From Octopus vulgaris (taxonomy: Eukaryota): a stretch of 64,000 nt of DNA. A program made the translations under genes and the position numbers. The notes under the pieces are model-generated. The model ran no database searches and was not told where the DNA came from. It was given only the letters and a program-made list of their open reading frames with translations. Shown one piece after another: positions 12,147-25,826 of this stretch; within the stretch, counting starts at the first letter, position 1; every line of letters begins with the position of its first letter. The stretch is from the NCBI GenBank assembly GCA_951406725.2, contig OX597823.1:101680001-101744000 (forward strand), given 5' to 3'.

Positions 12147-12512
12147 TCAATTCAAGGATATCATGTCCTCATTAGGGATTAAATATTCAAAATATTTCAC
12201 TGGTTAATCTCTATCATATAAGAAGACCATTATAGTAATACATATTGTTAATAATGAAAGAAAGAAAATGGAGAATTATGGGTGTATAAATAATTTATTT
12301 GTATGATATGAGGAGAAAGTTTTTTTAATAAAAACAATGCTAATAAATTGTAAATTATAAAGCTCTAAAGGACATGGCAGATGCCATTTCTTTCAGAGCT
12401 TTATAATTCATAATTTATTTGCATTGTTTTTATAAGACTTGCAACCTTAATATGTCATATAAATAAATTATTTATACACCCATAATTCTCCATTTTCTTT
12501 CTTTCTTTTGTT
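12147..12512. mobile_element. Fold-back element (about 120-bp inverted arms at ~12256-12505 plus a unique ~110-bp tail) in (TA)n
   Basis: GAAAGAAAGAAAATGGAGAATTATGGGTGTATAAATAATTTATTT ... AAATAAATTATTTATACACCCATAATTCTCCATTTTCTTTCTTTC; a second, inverted family member lies at 39598-39971. Confidence 0.85.
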
Positions 12513-12534
12513 TTATATATATATATATATATAT

Positions 12535-12965
12535 ATATTGTTAGATTTCGGAATGGTCATTTTGCTAGTTTAGCCAATAAAAACACACGCACTATATATT
12601 TGGTGTTATTTTGCTTCAGTGTTATCTATTTTTTACATTAATCTTAATTTTATTTCGGCCAGTTCTTTCGTCACACTCCTGTGACCGCATCAGCGTCAGC
12701 TGACGGTTAGTAAGGAGAGACACAAATAAGAAAGAAGAAAACAAAGGACCATTGATGCGGTCACAGGAGTGTGACGAAAGAACTCTGGCCGAAATAAGAT
12801 TAAGATTAATGTAAAAAATAAATAACACCGAAGCAAAATAACACCAAATATATAGTGCGTGTGTTTTTATTGGCTGAACTGGCAAAATGACCATTCCGAA
12901 ATATAACAATATCTGTTTCAACACACGATTTCACATAAAAATTCTTGCACAACAAATATTTAAAC
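12535..12965. mobile_element. Fold-back element with hammerhead-like motif in both arms (Penelope-like derivative), flanked by (TA)n
   Basis: Arms 12535-12692 and 12753-12912 are near-perfect reverse complements around a ~60-nt loop; tail 12913-12965; deleted relative at 42361-42433. Confidence 0.85.
12746..12790 (+). ncRNA. Type-I hammerhead ribozyme-like motif with variant core
   Basis: GGACCA-TTGATGCG-GTCAC(AGGAGT)GTGAC-GAAA-GAAC-TC-TGGCC. The opposite arm reads CTGATGCG. Stems I and II pair, but the core is non-canonical at position 9. Confidence 0.55.
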
Positions 12966-13009
12966 GTACTATATATATATATATACATATATGTACGTAT
13001 ATATGTGCA

Positions 13010-13156
<147 letters not shown>

Positions 13157-13551
13157 TATATATATATATGCATATATATATACACACACATATGTACATA
13201 CATATGTATATATATAGGCATGCATATATGAGTACTGGACGTCACAAAACGTAAACAACATATATATGTGTGTGTATATATATATACATACATATGCGTA
13301 AGTTTTCTTTATTATTATTATTATCATCATCATCGTTGATGTTGCTATTGTTTGCGAATCGAAATTTTGTTCTTTAAAACCAAAACCCAAAGAAACTTTT
13401 TGTAATATATATAAAAAGAAATTGGACTTAACTAACGTGAAATGGAGTGTTTTGCTAAAGAACACGGCATCGCCCGGTCCAGAGATCGAGACAGCAATAT
13501 TACGATCGTGATTGCAATACTCTAAACACCAAGCCGCCTGCTTCTAGTGTA

Positions 13552-13622
<71 letters not shown>

Positions 13623-13743
13623 GTGCTTGTGTGTACATGTGTATGTATATATATATATATATATATATATAAATGTGACCGCGTGTGTACCGTTGGCGAT
13701 TTTTTTCCTCCGTCTCCCCTTCCTTTGATCTTTCCTTTTCCTA

Positions 13744-13780
13744 TGTTTCTGACGAAAAGCTCCGCTCGAAACGTTAAATT
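13744..13780 (+). ncRNA. Minimal type-I hammerhead ribozyme motif within a ~210-bp element (13678-13890) flanked by (TA)n
   Basis: TGTTT-CTGACGA-AAAGC(TCC)GCTC-GAAA-CGTT-AAAT; palindromic AACGTT stem III; stems I and II imperfect. Confidence 0.65.
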
Positions 13781-14232
13781 CTCCTTCTTTCTTTCTTTCC
13801 TTTCCTGAGCGTCCAATGATACTATACTTGTTCCGCGTCCTCGCGTTGTTGTGTTTTCCCTTTGTATTTTCATGTCTGGATTAACTATATTTAACTATAT
13901 ATATGTGTGTGTGTGTGTGTGTGTATTTGCGTGTGCTTATGTATGTATGTCTTTTTCTGTATTCAAGCATGATGTATTCAAGTATGTTGCAATGGAAGTG
14001 AGCCTGCTTCACTCACGTTTTCCTGGTTTATGTTTTACCATGTGCACTATTCTTCCTAATGTCTCTATCAACACCACCACCACCACCACTACTATCTCCA
14101 CTACCATTACTATCATCCCCACTAGCCAACAACACTCGCCCCTCCACGCAATCAATTCATTACTATCACCACTACAACCACTGTTACCACCACAGCTACT
14201 GTAACTAACTCTACTGCTGCTGCTGTGGCTAT

Positions 14233-14273
<41 letters not shown>

Positions 14274-14321
14274 TTACTACTACTGCTGCTGCTACTACTA
14301 CTACTATTACTACTACTGCTG

Positions 14322-14363
<42 letters not shown>

Positions 14364-14809
14364 ATACTAATACTACTACTACTATTACTACTGTTCGTAT
14401 ATTGCTTATAATCAATGAGGAAATCAAAGTAGCATGCACGCTATCTCCAGAGCTGTGGGTTAAATGTATGGGGATGGAGTGGCATGGTAATTATGGTGGT
14501 GATGCTGGTGAAGCAACCGTATTAATAATGCCGACAATTATTGAGTTAACGCTAATTTTAAATTTTCGTGTTTAAACTTACATCATTTAATAGGATAGAA
14601 AAATCGTTATTTTTTTTTTCTTTAATTATATATTACTCTTAATACATAGATTAAATCGTAATTAAATACACGGAAACAATTAATATTTAATCATCACTAT
14701 GCTCTTCTCTCTCTTCCTCTGTCTGTCTCACACGTGTACATGTACGTGTGTGTGTGTCTGTGTGTATGTATGTATATGTATGCAATATTTGATTATAGTA
14801 TTTGATTAT

Positions 14810-15220
14810 TATTACTTTATTGCCCACAAGGGGTTAATAGATGGGACAAATAAGGACAGATAAATGGATCAAGTCGAATACATCGACCCCTCAGCGTAAC
14901 TGGTACTTAATTTATCGACCCCGAAAGGATGAAAGGCAAAGTCGACCTCGGCGGAATTTGAACTCAGAACATAAAGATGGACAAAATACCTATTTTTTTA
15001 CTACCCACAAGGGGCTAAACACAGGGGACAAACAAGGACAGACAAACGGATTAAGTCGATAATATCGACCCCAGTGCGTAACTGGTACTTATTTAATCGA
15101 CCCCGAAAGGATGAAAGGCAAAGTCGACCTCGGCGGAATTTGAACTCAGAACGTAGCGGAAGACGAAATACCGCTAAGCATTTCGCCCGGCGTGCTAACG
15201 ACTCTGCCAGCTCGCCGCCC
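14810..15220 (-). mobile_element. SINE family B dimer (full unit plus partial unit, both with LINE-like tail) with target-site duplication
   Basis: Two CGACCCCGAAAGGATGAAAGGCAAAGTCGACCTCGGCGGAATTTGAACTCAGAAC blocks; flanked by the direct repeat TATTTGATTATAGTATTTGATTAT (14786-14809 and 15221-15244). Confidence 0.88.
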
Positions 15221-16689
15221 TATTTGATTATAGTATTTGATTATAGTATTATGTATATACATACAAACATACATTTGTGTGTACGCGCGCGCATATAATA
15301 TACTAGGGTCAATATGATCTACTAAAACCCTTAAAGCTGCTGTTCCACCATGGCCATAGTCTTTAAAGAAAGCTAAACTGATCGATAGTCTATTAGATCC
15401 CTGTGTCTGGTTGGCTACTGGCGGTTGACGGTTCTGTTCTATAGCCACGGGATTCATTTTACGCAGCGCAATCCAAACGACATTTATTAAACAAATGATT
15501 GTAACCTTGGTTGTAATTTTAATCTCATATACGCTGTTTCTGAGCCGAAGTTAATTTTCATGTACGGCCAACTTTGTAATCCTTTGTAAATAATCACCCA
15601 TAGAATGTCTATATACAGCGCAACCATTGGTGAACATGTAAATCCTGACGATACCTTTAACGAAAGTCGAAATTAATTCACAATCCTCTCGATCCCTTTT
15701 CTAGCAACCAAAAGCCTTGTATTATAACTGCGAGGCTTATTTTTCATGCCAAGCCTAAAATATATGTTTATTAATTTCACATAAAATTTTATTTTCATAC
15801 TTGTATTTGTTTTGTAAAATTTCCGATGCAAAATCGAGGTGAAATATATGTTGTTCCATGAAACGAGCATACTGTCAATTGAAGTATACACGTTACATGT
15901 ATTTTTCTTCGATTTTATTATCAATTCATTAGATCATTAATTTGTTAATTCACAACGATTTAAAATTGTTGTTTTGATGTCCTTTCACCACGGTCAGTTA
16001 TTTTTATCACTGACGATGTGCATCACTTGCAACTCCTTTGTGGTCAGACTTACTCCTTGTTCTTTGTGCTTTGCTCTTTGTCCTGAGCTGGAGTGAAAGA
16101 TCTTGAGCTTTGTGAGTAGGCAGTTTGACAGATTCTGTTACGTTTCGTTCGTATTAAACTTCATCGATTCAATATTTTGAGTTATTTGTTTTAGTATACT
16201 TGTAATTATATCAATTATACTGACCCCAAAATCTCCGTAATTATTTTTCTGCCTGTCTCTTGATGAAATGCTTCAGAAGGCTGTGCTTTGCTGATAAAGC
16301 CGATTAAGACTGAAACATGTCTGGTGCTGTCATCGTTCCAACAAACAAAGATCAGAGCCCCCCCCCAACACACACACACTCTGTACCAATAAACATTCAA
16401 TTTTCTGTGAAATTAAGTGTTAATTTCTTGAAGTTATCTCCTCTTTCCTTCGAAAATCTTTAACAACTGCCACTAGATCTTTGTTTTCTTTCTCCAACTA
16501 AGAAGCAATTATCAATTCAATAAGAATTTTTGCTACATCATCTGCATCATCATCATCTACATAAATTATCTCAAATCATTAGTACATAAATTATCTCAAT
16601 TCATTAGTTTATTTTCTGCCGTGTGCGTGGGGGGGTATAACTTGCCAGTCCTTCGTCATGAAATAGAATACAGGGCTGCATGTCTCATA

Positions 16690-17060
16690 ATGACCAACCC
16701 CAGTACTTAACCGCTTCTTATTTTATCAATCCCCAAAAGATGAAAGGCAAAATTGACTTCGATGGGATTTACACTCAGGGCGTAGAGAGCCAGAAGAAAT
16801 ACCGCTACGCATTTTGTCCACCACCCTAATGGTGATAATAATCCTTTATATTATAGGCACAAGGCCTGAAATTTTGTGGTAGGGGACTAATCTATTACAT
16901 TGACCCCAGTGCTCAACAAGTACTTAATTTATTGATATGGAAAGGGTGAAAGACAAAATTGAATTCGATGGTATTTGAACTCAAAACGTAAAGAGCCAGA
17001 AAAAAACATAGCTAATCACTTTGATAGGTGCGCCAACAATTTTGCCAGCTTACCACACCA
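16690..17060 (-). mobile_element. Two degenerate SINE family B copies
   Basis: GATGAAAGGCAAAATTGAC...ACTCAG...AGAGCCAG blocks, present twice. Confidence 0.7.
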
Positions 17061-17149
17061 ACAAAATAAGAACTTCCAGTATCCATAAGAATTATACGTT
17101 ACATTGAAAACTATGTGATTGCAGGAAGTTTATAGAGATTCATGAAATG

Positions 17150-18790
17150 TATAATTTCTTTCGAAAGTGTATTTATTCTGATGTGTTTTATTCTAGAGAT
17201 GGTGTGAAATGCACATTGAAAGCGAAGACCTTCAAGAGAACGTCTTTAAAATCTTTGAAAGCTATATTTTAATTTATAATCTTTGTCACACCGTTTGTAT
17301 TAAGAGTTTTTATCTTTTATTTTCATCATTACGTCATCATTTCGACAAGAAGTAAATAATATTAAGTATGGAACAAAATCGAAGACATAACCAGTCTATA
17401 ATATTAATCTACTATAGTAGGACTACGCTGGTAAAGCTTGAAAAAATTTAACAAGCAATGGTATTGTTAATATCAGAGCAAAGTGCATATGGCTGAACTG
17501 GAACCCACAGTTCCTGTGAGAAAATAACGAAGTACAGCAACTATTTCACTGAGGTTTGAATTCTAAAAACAATATCAGTTATCTATTTACCATACTTAAT
17601 TTGAAACATTTATCAGTCGATTATGATATGAATAACTTAACTACCGTATTTGATGAGCATATTAGAATGCCAATTGTAACAACGCTTATTCAGGAAAAAT
17701 GAATTTAGCGCATTAAAGCTTATGAGAAGTCCAACTTTATAGACACGATAGCTTTATCCAAGATAAATGCAGAGCAAGGAAAACCGTTCTGTGTGCACTC
17801 GTTTTGTGTCCGAGCATTCCTGACTTGTGGAGTGACATCGAACCGTTGTTGAGACTAACTGTGCTACACACAACACCTGCCCCATCGTGAACACTGCACT
17901 CCTTTCTTACTTTGTCCGAGAGAAACAGCCAATTTTCTTCTCTCTGATGGCTTTAGTGAAAGTGATCATATTTTGAGCATCTTTTTTATTTTTCTGCTTA
18001 CTGAGTCAGAAGGAAGAGGCAGTGACCATGAACTTTGGAGACCTTACGTGACTGGTAAACATAATGTTGTTAGCATTCCTTTTAAAAAGTTGTAGGAAGA
18101 ACATGTACAGGAAGAAGATTCTAGAGGGACAATGTCATTGGGAAGAAGGTACATTAATTAGTACGGTGGCGTGTCGAGTGGACACTACATGTATGACAAG
18201 AGATGGAAAGACAAATCGAGTGAGGGGACACGAGAACAGCCAACTTCGAGAAACCGATGCAGTAGAGTTAGAAAAGATGGAGAAAAGGTGACTGCATGCT
18301 TGTGGACTAGAGGCTGGAGCGTGTCTATGAGGGATTGAATGTTAACAAGTGAATTGGTCCCGGTTCGAAATATTTGGGTGTATAACTGCTGTACCGTCCT
18401 AAATGTGTCAGATAAGATTCAAATGAATAAAAATAAACAGTTCCCTCTTCGGCCAAGACTTTCCTCAACTTCTTCAAATTCCTTGAAAGAAAAGATGGAA
18501 ACGAAAATGTTGCCCTTCAGTGAATTTGCTCAAAGATGGATGAAAGTGGGGAGCATGGCCTACATGAATGGGCCTGCATTCAACACAGAAAATGTTCTCA
18601 ACGGAGAACACAGAGTAAGTTGCTTCGCCCGATCGGTTGAAACTGAACGTACGAGAATCCACTGATTGACCTTCGGAACAACAAAAAACATGGCTTTTAT
18701 GTAATGTTTCCCGTGCTTGATATTTCTCTCACAATCGATTCTCTGTTTGTAATGATTGTTTTCGGTGTTAACGCCCTTGTGGAAAATATT
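17150..18790 (+). mobile_element. Ancient degenerate L1/Tx1 LINE 3' part
   Basis: Fragmentary frames, e.g. LKEKMETKMLPFSEFAQRWMKVGSMAYMNG (resembles a Tx1 ORF2 C-terminus). The terminus GCCCTTGTGGAAAATA resembles the tail at 63641-63692. Confidence 0.5.
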
Positions 18791-19168
18791 TATTATTATT
18801 GATGTGTCATGTTTATGTTTTGCTCTTGGTACTGTTGCCGTTGTTCTTTATAAAGAACATTTATTTATTTCTATATTTATATAATTTGATTTTCGCTCTT
18901 CTTCCACCACCACCACCACCACCACCACCACCACTCCACCATCACCACCACCACCACCACCACCACCACAACCACCACCACTACCATCTGCTCACTCCCT
19001 TTATTTCCATCAAACTTTCAACAAACATCAGTCACAGCCCACTGCACACTCGCACACGCATACACACGCGCGCGCGCGCACACACACACAACATATACCC
19101 ACTCATACATACATGTATATATACATACATATATGTATGTATGCATATATGTGTGTACATTTAGATAA

Positions 19169-19237
<69 letters not shown>

Positions 19238-19379
19238 GATATATGTAGATACATACATACACGGTTATATATGTGTGTGTATGTGTGTGTTTTGCATCGA
19301 TTTTTCTATTCATTTAATGCATATTGTTTTCATATATTTAAAATCTCTTATTGTTAATATGCATGTGTACATACATACA

Positions 19380-19411
<32 letters not shown>

Positions 19412-19673
19412 GAATCAGTTTTCGTTCATATTAACATAAGAAAGGAAGAAAAAATTAGAAAAGCAGTCACACTTGGTTAATTTGTTACAACAGTGCCTGT
19501 TGGTGCATATAGATAATAGACAAACATACACGCGCGCGCACACGCACACATACACGCACACACGCACACACACACACACATACATACACAACAAATGCCC
19601 TTTTTACACAACTTACAAAGATTCTGTGAAACATACTGCGCACACATGCATGCACATATGTACGCACACACAC

Positions 19674-19712
<39 letters not shown>

Positions 19713-20268
19713 CACACACACGTGCACATATTAACAATCACAGGCGTATGCGCATACGCAGGCAAGTACATAGACGCGTACACAAACACGCAAACATGCA
19801 AACATGCAGACAAACACGCACGCACGCACACAAACACACACACATCCACGCGCACACGCTTGCACGCATGCACGAACACAACGTGCGTCTTTTTTGCACA
19901 TCATATCAAATAAGACACGCTGTCATGTACAACTCTCTCTCTCACACACACACGCACGCACACACAGAACAAACATGTATCCGTACACACATTTACACAC
20001 AGATTAGCACACACATACACGTACACGCAGAATCTCGCAAATGCAGCACTCGTCTTTTAGCGTACAACTCACATTGCCGAGTACATTACACAGACACACA
20101 CACACACACACACACACACGAACTCGCGCACACTTAGACACACACACTCGCAACCACACGGCATGTTGTGTGGTATGGTTCGGTTGAGCCGTGTGAGTCA
20201 TGAGCTATTGTATGACAAACTGATTTAATCATCTTTGTTGTACCACAGCAATCACCATCCCTGAAGTG

Positions 20269-20353
<85 letters not shown>

Positions 20354-20358
20354 CAGCT

Positions 20359-20389
<31 letters not shown>

Positions 20390-20724
20390 CAGCTGTAGTA
20401 GCAGTAGTAGTAGTAGTAGTCGTCGTTGGAGTGATGATGGTGGGGTGGATGTTGTGGCGGTGGGGATAATAATTGGAAGTTTTAGTTATAGTTGTTGATG
20501 CAATAATTGTAGTAGTAGTAGTAGTAGTAGTAGTGCTGGTGCTGGTGATGATGATGGTTCTTATTGCGGTGATGTTGGTCGTGGTTGTGGTGGCGGCGGC
20601 GGTAGTAGTAGTAGTTTTAGTTTTAGATATAATTTTTGATGCGATACTACTACTAATACTGCTGCTGCTGTAGCTACTACTGCTACTACTACGACGACAA
20701 CGACGTCGATGACTACAAGTAGTG

Positions 20725-20784
<60 letters not shown>

Positions 20785-21059
20785 ACGGTAGAGGCGGCAA
20801 CGGTGATGGTGGTGGCAGTGGTAGTGGCGGTAGAACGTTGGATAATGAAGTTTGTCCGGGCAAAACTTCACCTGGAAATCGATGGGACGGTCATGACAGA
20901 AACACTTTATGTCGGAGGTCTGCAGAATTAGGACCGACGTGATCTAAGCAACAACAACAAATATAGATGTCTACACCACCGTAACCAAGAATAACCGATG
21001 CAGGCAACACCTCTCAACAACACTGACCACCAACATAAATCTCCTTTCCACATATTAGT

Positions 21060-22970
21060 TTCAAATTTTGGCACAAGCCCAGCAAGTTCGGGGGGGGCGG
21101 GTGCGTTGGGGAGATTGACTCCAATGCTCAACTGGTATTTAATTTATCGACCCCATAATGATGAAAAGCGAAGTGGATCTTGGTGGAATTCGAACTGAAA
21201 ACGTAAAGACGGACGAAATGCCTATATTTTTACTACTCACAAGGGGCTAAACACAGAGGGGACAAACAAGGACAGACAAACGGATTAAGTCGATTATATC
21301 GACCCCAGTGCTTAACTGGTACTTATTTAATCGACCCCGAAAGGATGAAAGGCAAAGTCGACCTCGACGGAATTTGAACTCAGAACGTAGCGGAAGACGA
21401 AATACCGCTAAACATTTCGCCCGGCGCGCTAACGCTTCTGCCAGCTCGCCGCCTTACGGACGAAATGCCGCTAAGCATTTTCCCGTCTTACTCGCCGCCT
21501 TACTCCCCTCAACACCACCTACTAACACATGGCCATCATAATTATTACTACTTCCATCACCGCCAACATGAATTGTGGTGTAACAACAATAACTTCACCA
21601 GAGCTCTATCGTCGACAGCACCATCTTACAGTTATAGCACAATCAGCACGATCATACAAACGATAAGAATAATTCTGGTTCCAAATTTTGGCACAAGACT
21701 TGCAAGTTCGGGGAGTGGGCAAATCAACCCCAGTGCTCAACTGGTACGTATTTGACCGACTCCGAGAGGATGAAAGGCAAGTTAGACCTCGGCAACATTT
21801 GAACTCAGAACATTAAAACGGACAAAATATTGCTAAGCATTTTCCCCGGTGCAATAACCATTCTGCCAGCTCGCCGCCTTAACGATAAGAATAATATAGA
21901 TTTCAAATTTTGGCGCAAGACCAGCAGATTCGGGGGAGAGGATAAGCCGATTACATCAACCTCAGTGTTTAACTGGTACTTATTTTATCTACCTGAAAAA
22001 ATGGAAGGCAAAGTCGACCCCTGTGGAATAATGATAAAATGATAATAGTAAAAATAGAAACAATAACAATAATAACTGCTGCTAATTTGAGCTCGAGGCT
22101 AGCAATTTTGAAAGATCGTGTTTAGTCTATGCCATCGATTCCAGTATTCGATTGCAGCTTATTTTATCGACCCCTGAAAGTTGACCTCGGCGCGAACTGA
22201 ACCCAGAATGTTAAAGAGTAGAAAGAATTGACGCTAGATATTTTTCCGACACTCCAGAAAAAAAAAAAAGAATATTCATTTCCAACAATGACAGAAGGCC
22301 AGAAATTTGGGTAAAAAGGATTGTGGGTTATTGCGACTCCAGTACACTTGACTATCGATGGGATGAAAAGTAAATTAGAATTCGGTTGAATTTGAACCCA
22401 AATCCCAAAATCGGAAAGGAATATCGCACGCATTTTTCAACGATAGTATAAAAACAGAAGCAACTTCCAATAACAACAAAATGGCAACAGTAACAGCATC
22501 GATATTACCAACAATTACAAAATGCAGCAATCTTTCTAATTTAGGCACAAGGCCAGCAATTTTGAGAGGGGATGGAAGTTGATTACATCGACACCAGTAC
22601 TCAACTGGTACTTATTTTATTGACTCCAAAAGGATGAAAGGCAAAGGTGAACTTGGAGGTATTTGAACTCAGAACGTAAAGAAACGCACTAAGTACTTTG
22701 TCTGATGCGCTAACGATTCCGCCAGCTCGCCGCCTTAAAATTAGCCATAATAATGGTTTCAAATTCTAGCATAGACTCGGTAGGTTTGAAGGGAGAAGAT
22801 AAGCCTATTATATATGCCTCAGCACTTGAAAGTTCTGTTAATTTATCGACCCCAAAACGATGGAAGGCAACGTTAACCTTAGTAGGACTTGAGCTCAGAA
22901 CATAGAGAGACGGAAAATGTTTCCAAGTATTTTGTCCGATGCGCAAGCGATTCTGCCAGTTCGCTGCCTT
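21060..22970 (-). mobile_element. Cluster of about 8 co-oriented SINE family B copies
   Basis: Repeated GGATGAAAGGCAAAGTCGACCTC / ATTTGAACTCAGAAC / GCCAGCTCGCCGCCTT motifs; one copy has the TSD AACGATAAGAATAAT (21659-21673, 21881-21895). Confidence 0.85.
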
Positions 22971-24019
22971 AAAAACTGCAAGTATAGCAACAAAATCATT
23001 TCAATAATAACAGTAATTAACAACAATGACAACAGAGTAACAAAAAAACTGTAATAATAATAATGGTAGCAATAGCAGAAAACAGCAGCGATAGCAACAC
23101 TAACAGCTAAATTGCAACAATGGTATCAACAATAAAGGCAAAACAGCATTAATAATTGCAACAAAATAGTAGCAACGAACAATATTAGCAAGAATAAATA
23201 GCAACAGTAACAGAAACAACACAATAAATATTGACGTACATAATAGCAACAATAACAACAAACCAGTGACAATGGTGTGAAGACGATGACGATAACGATG
23301 ATGATATTATTGACTATGATGATGATGGCGATGATGTAAATCCTAATAATAATAATAATAATAATAATTAATAATAATAATAATAATTTCAACTAGCAAT
23401 AACCACGCCTCGGATTTACCTCATTGGTAATAATGATAATGATGATAATAATAGTGATTAATATCTATGAGGACAATAACTGTTCACCGGGGTCCGTTCC
23501 CCATTACTTCTTCTAACCTTGATTTTCCCACCCACCCACTCTCCACTTCTTCTAGTGTGCCGCCCGTCGTCATCGCCACCGCCACCACCACCATGATTGC
23601 TCTTATGTATTGTTGTGAACAACTACACACACTGAACAGTTATATATCCCCCACCCCCTTTCATCGTCACCATTAATAATGTGCCACCGACGGCACTGCC
23701 GGCGGCACCAGTATTATCACTTACATCACCACTATCACCGATACCACTGCCGCCCACACCACTACTTCTTACACTACTACCATTTGCACTACTACCGCCT
23801 GTACCACTACCGCCAATACCACCTGCACCAACACCACTACCATCAACGCCACTACCACCTACACCACTAACACCAACAATGCTACCACAATCACCACTAC
23901 TGCCTATACTATTCCCACAAACACCACTACCACCAACACCAGAACCACCAACACCACAACCGCCTATACTACTCCCACTACCAACTATACCGCTACCGCC
24001 TACACCACAATCAGGTATA

Positions 24020-24650
24020 CTCTTAGAAGGAGCTTCTAGGTGTTCGCCCGAGTTGCTAGAAACAATAATTAGAACTCCCTTAAAATACCTTGCTGTCTTA
24101 ACAGAAAAAACGACACATTAGATATGTCTACAACAAGGCAAAATGGTCATGGCTAGAACGCCTTTGATCATAGATGGGCTTGATAAGGCGAGACATTGGA
24201 CTAAACAACAGCAACACCTGCACCGTGGCCAACAATGGCTTCATCACCATTACCAACCTGCTAGAAATAGCAGCTAATTTTCTTTCATATCACAACTTAC
24301 TGTCCTAAAGAACACATTAGAAAATGTAGTCCAACTAGTTTACTCCACAAGAGAGAGATGGTCATAGCTGGAATACTTTACCTGGGGTTAAACAACAGTA
24401 GCAACTACAAGCACCGGTAACGCCACTACCATCATCATCACCACCATCACTATGAACTCAACTAATAATACAGTGTCGACACGCTAGAAATAGCAGCCAA
24501 ATTTCTTTTAAATCACACCGTGTTTGTCTTTAAAACGGAACACATGTGTAAGTAACTAGGAAAATGTAGTTTGTCCAAAATAAATTATACACGTTACGAA
24601 AGGCATTTGATCATAGGCGAGTGGGAAACGGGCTGACCTAGGGTTAAAGA
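24020..24650 (+). repeat. Three tandem degenerate copies of a short interspersed repeat (family D); further copy at ~34630-34800
   Basis: CTAGAAATAGCAGC...ATCACA...ACACATTAGA...ATGGTCATGGCTGGAA...TTTGATCATAG...TAAACAACA, repeated. Confidence 0.65.
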
Positions 24651-24937
24651 ACAAGAAAGGGAAAAACGAAAACGAGAAGAAAACAACACCGATGCTGTCA
24701 CCGAAAGTCATCAGCACTGGTCTAGGAATTGTTACCACCGCCTCAACCACCGTCACTAACAAATCACGTGCGATTTCGACAACCAAATAGTAGTATACAT
24801 ATGCACACATACATACACACACATATATGTGTGTATGTATGCATAATAGACAAGTATTCAATCAGTTCCCCACCCCCTCAGTAAATAGATATATGTAACA
24901 TTGCATATTGTGTTAGATATTTTATATACTATATTAT

Positions 24938-24981
<44 letters not shown>

Positions 24982-25169
24982 AATTAATCAAAATAAAAAC
25001 ATGATATATGTATATACATATATATATCGTGCATGTGTGTGAGAGAAAGAGGAAAATATGTTCACTCGCATGCGTGTATAAACATTTTTATTACATAATA
25101 TGTTTGAGTGCATATATGCATTTATGGGCCTTAACAAGCTGTGTGCGTGTATATAGAGTTCATATGTGC

Positions 25170-25200
<31 letters not shown>

Positions 25201-25393
25201 CGCTAATATGATCGCTCATTCATATAGTAATTATATAAATACACATACATATTCAAAGGTACCCGAACCTGTAGCAGTACACACACAGGCACGCACGCAC
25301 ACGTACATACAGAACTGCAAGCATCCACACTGCATGACATACACATATCAACACATACTAGCACAGACGCTTAAACTATCATAAATGCAAATG

Positions 25394-25426
<33 letters not shown>

Positions 25427-25674
25427 ACTCACTCACACACTCACACACATTCACATAGAATCGGTAAACATACGCATTCATCTTTATAGAACTCGTTGCA
25501 ATACATTCAGTAACACACAATCAGGAGTACGTACATACACATACAGGCTAACGCGCGTGCACTCGCACATACACACACACACATACACAAACACGATCGC
25601 GCGCGAACAAACGCACAATGCCGCCTTAGTTTACTAATATACTCATTCAAATGAATTCAACATTCGGACACACA

Positions 25675-25705
<31 letters not shown>

Positions 25706-25779
25706 GCACATTCGCATACACACAGACATGCACTCGCACACACATATATATATATAAAGTAACATACAGAGTAAAACAC

Positions 25780-25826
<47 letters not shown>

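Noticed and set aside
15640-15685. CTGACGA-TACCTTTAACGAAAGTC-GAAATTAATTC possible hammerhead
   Set aside because: Stem I does not pair and the stem II base is mismatched; no fold-back context.
15950-16560. Possible piggyBac-like transposase remnant on the minus strand
   Set aside because: Only vague Cys/basic patches; no catalytic motifs or TTAA/TIR found.
20815-20945. Unique island between (GTA)n repeats as a possible exon
   Set aside because: No convincing splice pair or recognisable peptide in any frame.
21060-22970. Regularly recurring ~30-bp motifs resembling a CRISPR array
   Set aside because: Eukaryotic SINE copies with homologous 'spacers' and TSDs; no cas genes.
23681-24121. 146-aa proline-rich ORF
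   Set aside because: Degenerate (CCA/CTA)n repeat running into a family D interspersed repeat; no splice or domain evidence.
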